The notes beneath the pieces are model-generated. The model was not told the DNA's origin. It searched no databases and saw only the letters and a list, made by a program, of their open reading frames with translations. DNA of 64,000 bases from a virus, in the IMG/VR virus record IMGVR_UViG_3300040960_001746; one strand, 5' to 3'. The stretch's first letter is position 1; each line of letters starts with the position of its first letter. The translations under genes and the position numbers were made by a program. Below are positions 58,930-64,000 of this stretch, in pieces.

Positions 58930-59502
58930 ATGACATTTGACTCTAAAATATATTGGGAAAATAGATATAAAACAAATGGTAATTCTGGTTTAGGATCATA
59001 CGGAAATGAATCTATTTTTAAATCAGATTTTATAAATAATGTTATAGAAGAATATAACATAAAATCTATAAACGACTTTGGTTGTGGAGACTGTAATCAA
59101 GTAAACCTAATTAAAAAAATTGAAAATTATACTGGTTATGATGTTAGTAAGACAGTTTTAAATAAATGTAAATATAAATTCAGTTCCAAACCAAACCTCA
59201 ACTTTGTAGAAGATATAAAAGAAATGAAATCATCTGATATGTCATGTAGTTTTGATGTTATTTATCATATTGTGGAAGATATCTATTTTGAAGAATATAT
59301 GTCTAACCTATTTAATTTTTCTAAAAAATATGTTTTAATATACTCAACCAATGAAAATAGAAATAGAAAAAGTAACCATATAAAACATAGAAAATTTACT
59401 GAATGGGTGTCAAAAAATTATACTGAATTTAAAATTATAAAAGAAAAAAAATACCCAAACAAAGATAATGGGGTGTCATTCTTTTTATTCGAAAAAAAAT
59501 GA
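58930..59502 (+). CDS. Class I SAM-dependent methyltransferase
   Basis: YWE.RY...GNSG.GS; DFGCGD; Y.G.DVS; DVIYH. Confidence 0.85.
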   Translation: MTFDSKIYWENRYKTNGNSGLGSYGNESIFKSDFINNVIEEYNIKSINDFGCGDCNQVNLIKKIENYTGYDVSKTVLNKCKYKFSSKPNLNFVEDIKEMKSSDMSCSFDVIYHIVEDIYFEEYMSNLFNFSKKYVLIYSTNENRNRKSNHIKHRKFTEWVSKNYTEFKIIKEKKYPNKDNGVSFFLFEKK

Positions 59503-59506
59503 AAAT

Positions 59507-60505
59507 ATGGTATTAATTACTTATGGTACAAGACCAGAATATATAAAAGTTAAACCTTTAATTGATGAAATGAAAAAAAGGGGTATACCCTTTAAGACAT
59601 TATCAACAGGTCAACATAAAGATATCGCACCAAAAGATGCGGATTATAATTTAAACTTTATCGACTTTGGTGGTAATAGATTGGACTCTGTAATAAAAAA
59701 TTGTTTATCTATTTCTGAGGAATATTTTGAAGGTATTACACATATTTTAGTGCAAGGTGATACAACTAGTGTTGTAGGATTAGCCCTTTCTGCGTTACAT
59801 AGGAAAATAAAAGTAATTCATTTAGAAGCTGGTTTGAGAACTTATGATAATGAAAATCCATATCCTGAAGAAAACAATAGAAAAATTGTTTCCACCATAG
59901 CATCTATCCATTTATGCCCTACAAATCAAAATAAAGAAAACTTATTAAAAGAAAATGTTGGTGGTAACATATATGTTGTCGGTAATACAGTTTTAGATAA
60001 TTTATTACATTATAAAAAAGAATGTGAATATGAAAATAAGGTATTAGTGACTATGCATCGTAGAGAAAATCATGATAATTTACATATATGGTTTTATACT
60101 ATTAATGAAATCGCGAAAGAATACCCTAATTTAGAATTTATCTTACCTTTACACCCCAACCCAAACGTACAAAAACATAAGAAATGGTTAACTGATGTTA
60201 AAATAATTAACCCTATGAGTCATGATGAATTAGTAAAATTATTAGTTAAAACTAAATTAGTTATTACTGACAGTGGTGGAATACAAGAAGAGTGTTCTTT
60301 CTTCAATAAAAAAGTATTAGTCTGTAGAAAAATAACTGAGAGACCAGAATCTGTAAATTTAAGTAGTTTTATGGTAGATGGACCTTGGGAATTAAAAAAT
60401 AAATTTAAAAAACATATTTCTTCATACAACATAGATATAGAGTCTCCTTATGGTGATGGATATTCTTCTATTAAAATATGTGATATCTTTGAAAATAAAC
60501 TTTAA
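59507..60505 (+). CDS. wecB: UDP-N-acetylglucosamine 2-epimerase
   Basis: GTRPE.IK; TGQH; VQGDT; HLEAGLR; PEE.NR; GNT..D; HRREN; TDSGG.QEE; ERPE; PYGDG. Confidence 0.95.
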   Translation: MVLITYGTRPEYIKVKPLIDEMKKRGIPFKTLSTGQHKDIAPKDADYNLNFIDFGGNRLDSVIKNCLSISEEYFEGITHILVQGDTTSVVGLALSALHRKIKVIHLEAGLRTYDNENPYPEENNRKIVSTIASIHLCPTNQNKENLLKENVGGNIYVVGNTVLDNLLHYKKECEYENKVLVTMHRRENHDNLHIWFYTINEIAKEYPNLEFILPLHPNPNVQKHKKWLTDVKIINPMSHDELVKLLVKTKLVITDSGGIQEECSFFNKKVLVCRKITERPESVNLSSFMVDGPWELKNKFKKHISSYNIDIESPYGDGYSSIKICDIFENKL

Positions 60506-60534
60506 TTTTTATAATTATATAATAAATTTATTAT

Positions 60535-61293
60535 ATGGGTAGAAGAAAAAACAAACAAATACCTAGAGAAGATATTGAAGAAATGGAATCATATCTTAAT
60601 TCTAGAAATCAAGAAGAGGCAACTTTATTCGATCTTATCAAAGTAAATGTAAAATGTAAGACAGAAAATCAAAAAAAATTAGTTAATTCAATAAAATCAA
60701 ATACCTTTACAATAGTTTCAGGTTTAGCTGGTAGTGGTAAAACATTCCTTTCATGTGCGGAGGCATTAAAACTATTGAAAAACACACAAAAATATAAAAG
60801 AATAGTGTTGATTAAATCTATCACACCCCTTAAAAATGAGGAGGTAGGTCATTTACCGGGTGATTTAAAAGAAAAAATGGCACCAATAATGGAATCTTAT
60901 ATGGATAATATTAGAAAACTTATTGGTAGGTCCAGAATGGAAAAAATGGTTGAACTCGGATTAATTGAAATTGTACCTATAGCATTCGCTAGAGGTAGAA
61001 CAATGGATAATTCAGTTATTATCATTGATGAGGCACAAAATATTAGTAGGGATAATATTAGAACATTAATGACAAGAATAGGTTACAACTCAAAGATGAT
61101 AATATTGGGGGATATTAAACAAAAAGATATTCGCAATAAAAAAGATTCATCTTTAGAAATAATTTTAGAAAAATTTAAAGATAAAGAAGGATTTGGGTCT
61201 GTCGAATTGAGAAACCCAGAAGATGTGGTTAGAAATCCGATAATTAACACAGTAGAACAAGTTTTTGATGAAATAGATGAATCTAATGAATAA
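60535..61293 (+). CDS. phoH: PhoH-family ATPase
   Basis: G.AGSGKT; G.LPG...EK..P; RGRT; IIDEAQN; TRIG; GD..Q.D; VRN. Confidence 0.93.
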   Translation: MGRRKNKQIPREDIEEMESYLNSRNQEEATLFDLIKVNVKCKTENQKKLVNSIKSNTFTIVSGLAGSGKTFLSCAEALKLLKNTQKYKRIVLIKSITPLKNEEVGHLPGDLKEKMAPIMESYMDNIRKLIGRSRMEKMVELGLIEIVPIAFARGRTMDNSVIIIDEAQNISRDNIRTLMTRIGYNSKMIILGDIKQKDIRNKKDSSLEIILEKFKDKEGFGSVELRNPEDVVRNPIINTVEQVFDEIDESNE

Positions 61294-61411
61294 ATGTTTG
61301 TTAAAAACTAAAGAAGATGAAGTGGTAAACTTCACACTACAATTATCTAAAGAATACTCCATAAAATATTTTTCGACTATAAAACAAATACCTAAAAAAG
61401 AATTATTATAA
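61286..61411 (+). CDS. Small hypothetical protein (41 aa), possibly prematurely terminated
   Basis: MNKCLLKTKEDEVVNFT...KQIPKKELL-TAA; the frame continues IYKIEK. Fills the gap between phoH and the next gene. Confidence 0.45.
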   Translation: MNKCLLKTKEDEVVNFTLQLSKEYSIKYFSTIKQIPKKELL

Positions 61412-61430
61412 ATTTATAAAATAGAAAAAG

Positions 61431-62048
61431 ATGAAGATAGGAATAACGATTGACGGTGTAGTTAGAGACTTTATCACTAAGTTCGAATCAGTATATGATA
61501 AATATTATCCTGTAGAATTAGAAGAGGGTGAAGAATTACCTAAGAGAGATATTAATACTTTAAATCTTTTAGAACATTTTGAGTTTAGTGGTGGTACTAA
61601 AGAACTTAATAAATTTCTTTATATTGATTCATCATTAGAGATATTTGGGCACGCAGGTGAAACAAAACTTAATTCTGTAGAACACCTAAACCAACTACAT
61701 AATCTAATAGAAGATATGGGACATACACCTATTGTGATCAGTAAAGAACTAAACAATAGTAAACCTGCGACATTATTCTTTTTATCTAAACTTTCCGCAA
61801 AGGTAAATAATATTGTTTTTGTTAGAGATTATGATAAAAAATGGGAACATGTAGATATACTTATTACCGCAAATCCCACAACATTAGAAACAAAACCAAA
61901 AGAAAAGGTATCAATTAAAGTTATAAATCACTATAATAAGGATTGTGACGCAGATTATACAATTTTAGATCTAAAAGAAATTTTAGATGACAAAAAAATA
62001 TTAGAAAAAATATTAGGAACTGAAACTATAGAGTTTGAAGACATTTAA
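61431..62048 (+). CDS. 5'(3')-deoxyribonucleotidase-like HAD protein, catalytic Asp apparently replaced
   Basis: IGITIDGVVRDF (vs DxDGV); DILITAN (vs D.LIDD); YN. Confidence 0.6.
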   Translation: MKIGITIDGVVRDFITKFESVYDKYYPVELEEGEELPKRDINTLNLLEHFEFSGGTKELNKFLYIDSSLEIFGHAGETKLNSVEHLNQLHNLIEDMGHTPIVISKELNNSKPATLFFLSKLSAKVNNIVFVRDYDKKWEHVDILITANPTTLETKPKEKVSIKVINHYNKDCDADYTILDLKEILDDKKILEKILGTETIEFEDI

Positions 62049-62093
62049 TATTTACTAATTTAGAATTTTACATAAATTTAATAAAAAAATCAT

Positions 62094-62426
62094 ATGGATA
62101 ACTTATTGTTAGAGATCGGAGGTAAAGAATTATACCTTGACATCGATAGATTGTCAGAAATAGTTCGAATCGAACAAGAACCATTACCATTAACTGTTAA
62201 TGAAGGACAAGGTGATGTTGAAATAGAAGAACCTTTATCTGACGCAGGTTCATTACATATTGATGTTACAAAATATGAAATGTATCGTGAAATGATCGGT
62301 GCACTTATGATGTATAACGAAGAAGTAGATAATAAAATGGGTCTTGTTGCACTCAACAGTACAACAATACCTTTTAAGATTGCCTTTAATACTTTATTGA
62401 TGAAAGGTATTCTTAAAGAATTATAA
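62094..62426 (+). CDS. Hypothetical protein
   Basis: ORF; KYEM...M; PFKIAFNTL...GIL. Confidence 0.7.
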   Translation: MDNLLLEIGGKELYLDIDRLSEIVRIEQEPLPLTVNEGQGDVEIEEPLSDAGSLHIDVTKYEMYREMIGALMMYNEEVDNKMGLVALNSTTIPFKIAFNTLLMKGILKEL

Positions 62427-62447
62427 TAATAAAAACAAATAAATGTT

Positions 62448-63587
62448 ATGAGTGAACAATTAGACAGAATTAAAAATGGTATCGAAAAAATTAACAACAA
62501 AGATTTCGGTATCTATTTTTTCACTATTGACACCAAAGGTAATCCAACCGCAGGTGTTGCAACAATTTACGAACACGTAAAACAACTTAGAGAACTGGGA
62601 TACAACGCTCAAATTCTTCACGACAAAAATGATTACAAACTCAGAGAAGATGAAGAAGGTATGGGTATCGCAGAGTGGTTAGGTGAGGAATACGCAAATA
62701 TACCACACGTCTCTATAGAATCACAACAACTACAAGTTGGACCTTCAGATTTTGTTATTATTCCTGAAGCGTTCGCAAGTATTATTAAACAAACTGCGAA
62801 CTTCCCATGTAAAAGAATTGTTTTCCTACAATCATACGAATATATCTTTGAAATGTTAGAGATAGGTGAAGGATGGGAACAATTCGGAATTAGAGATGTG
62901 ATTACTACTAATAAGAATCTTTCTGATTACGCAAATTCAGTATTTAGAGGTATTAGAACTGATGAAGTACCTGTGGGTATCCCATCTTATTTTAAGAATA
63001 GTGATAAACCTAAAGTACCTACAGTTGCAATGGTTGCGAGAGATAAGAGAGAATTATTGAAAATAGTAAAAGTATTTTACCAAAAATACCCACACTATAG
63101 ATTTGTAACATTCAGAGATATGGCGGGATTACCTAGAGAAACTTTCGCAAAAGAATTAGGACAATCTTTCTTAGGTGTATGGGTAGATGAATTATCAAGT
63201 TTCGGTACATTCCCATTAGAGTGTATGAAATCTAACACACCTGTTATTGGTAAAATTCCTAGAATGGTACCAGAATGGATGGGTACTGTTGATCAAAATG
63301 GTAATCTTAACCTTAATGATAATGGTATATGGACACCTAATATGAATGCGATTCCTGATATCATTGCGACTATGGTAGGACTTTACTTAGAAGACGCTTT
63401 ACCTCAAAATATTATGGATGGTATGACAGAATGGGAAAATAAATATACTGAAGAAGAATCTAATAAAGTTTTATCTGAGGTATATGATGGTATCTTTAAA
63501 AGAAGAATTGTTGAGTTAGAGACAACTTACAACCAACTTCAAGAAAAAGAACAAGTAACAACAGAAAATAGCGAAACAAATGGCTAA
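62448..63587 (+). CDS. GT-B-like glycosyltransferase
   Basis: GV..IY..V..L...GY; D..IIPE; SFG.FPLE.M....PVIG. Confidence 0.75.
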   Translation: MSEQLDRIKNGIEKINNKDFGIYFFTIDTKGNPTAGVATIYEHVKQLRELGYNAQILHDKNDYKLREDEEGMGIAEWLGEEYANIPHVSIESQQLQVGPSDFVIIPEAFASIIKQTANFPCKRIVFLQSYEYIFEMLEIGEGWEQFGIRDVITTNKNLSDYANSVFRGIRTDEVPVGIPSYFKNSDKPKVPTVAMVARDKRELLKIVKVFYQKYPHYRFVTFRDMAGLPRETFAKELGQSFLGVWVDELSSFGTFPLECMKSNTPVIGKIPRMVPEWMGTVDQNGNLNLNDNGIWTPNMNAIPDIIATMVGLYLEDALPQNIMDGMTEWENKYTEEESNKVLSEVYDGIFKRRIVELETTYNQLQEKEQVTTENSETNG

Positions 63588-63717
63588 AGGTAATATAAAT
63601 AACTCTTTCACCCCCAATGGGACTAAAAAAAGAAAGGGGATACACGCAAAAAAAAAGACAAGTAAAATAAAAACTAGTAAACTTTATAAGAAAAAATATA
63701 AAGGTCAAGGTAGATAA
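63580..63717 (+). CDS. Small Lys-rich protein (45 aa) ending KKKYKGQGR
   Basis: Not in ORF track: MAKGNINNSFTPNGTKKRKGIHAKKKTSKIKTSKLYKKKYKGQGR; overlaps upstream stop. Confidence 0.7.
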   Translation: MAKGNINNSFTPNGTKKRKGIHAKKKTSKIKTSKLYKKKYKGQGR

Positions 63718-63740
63718 CAATTAAAAATAAAAAAATAAAT

Positions 63741-64000
63741 ATGTCAAATATTACAGTAGTAGTACCTGTACACAAACTAGAAGAGAATTATTTAGTTGGT
63801 TGTATTGAAAGTATTAAATCACAAAAAACTAAACCTTACGAGGTTATTTTTGTAACATCTAATGATGAGGACGTAAAAAACTATTTAAATAGTTACGATT
63901 TTGGTGACATTAAAGACGTTACTAAAGTTATTGAAAACGAAACAGGAAAATATGATTTCCAATCACAGATTAATTATGGGGTAGAAAAAAGTACAGGTGA
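63741..64000 (+). CDS. GT2 glycosyltransferase, 3'-truncated by window edge
   Basis: MSNITVVVPVH....YL..CIESI.SQ...P.EVI.V; Q.NYG. Confidence 0.8.
   Translation, partial: MSNITVVVPVHKLEENYLVGCIESIKSQKTKPYEVIFVTSNDEDVKNYLNSYDFGDIKDVTKVIENETGKYDFQSQINYGVEKSTG

Noticed and set aside
901-63720. Many short antisense or out-of-frame ORFs in the track (e.g. 901..1242, 8186..8719, 50557..51018, 62090..62500)
   Set aside because: They overlap well-supported genes and have S/L/F/I-rich shadow composition.
1-64000. tRNA or rRNA genes
   Set aside because: Intergenic spaces are short and AT-rich; no cloverleaf or rRNA-like sequence seen.

Overview
A 64-kb AT-rich (roughly 28% GC by eye) segment of a large T4-like contractile-tailed (myo/jumbo) phage, probably infecting Bacteroidota. 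The host inference rests on TTTG-N19-TAnnTTT(G/A) promoters and A-rich, mostly SD-less start regions. Left to right: a tail-assembly chaperone with a likely frameshifted extension; large putative head-packaged proteins; the tail tube flanked by three free-standing endonucleases; tail sheath; a small RHH regulator; fibre-like proteins; tail terminator and neck proteins; a SNF2 helicase with a class-3 intein; glutaredoxin; family B DNA polymerase; a J-domain/DUF2827x2/coiled-coil fibre cassette; more virion and head proteins; two early-promoter cassettes; and a ~15-kb glycosylation cluster with dUTPase and PhoH. The best candidate for a new system is at 47.9-50.1 kb. A VSR/DUF559-type homing endonuclease overlaps the start of a glycosyltransferase gene whose frame is broken by an 8-nt stop-containing gap. 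The gap lies directly behind a GC-rich hairpin. This architecture matches the T4 mobA/gene 60 homing-endonuclease plus ribosomal-bypass cassette in miniature. All family assignments come from motif recognition by eye, not database searches.
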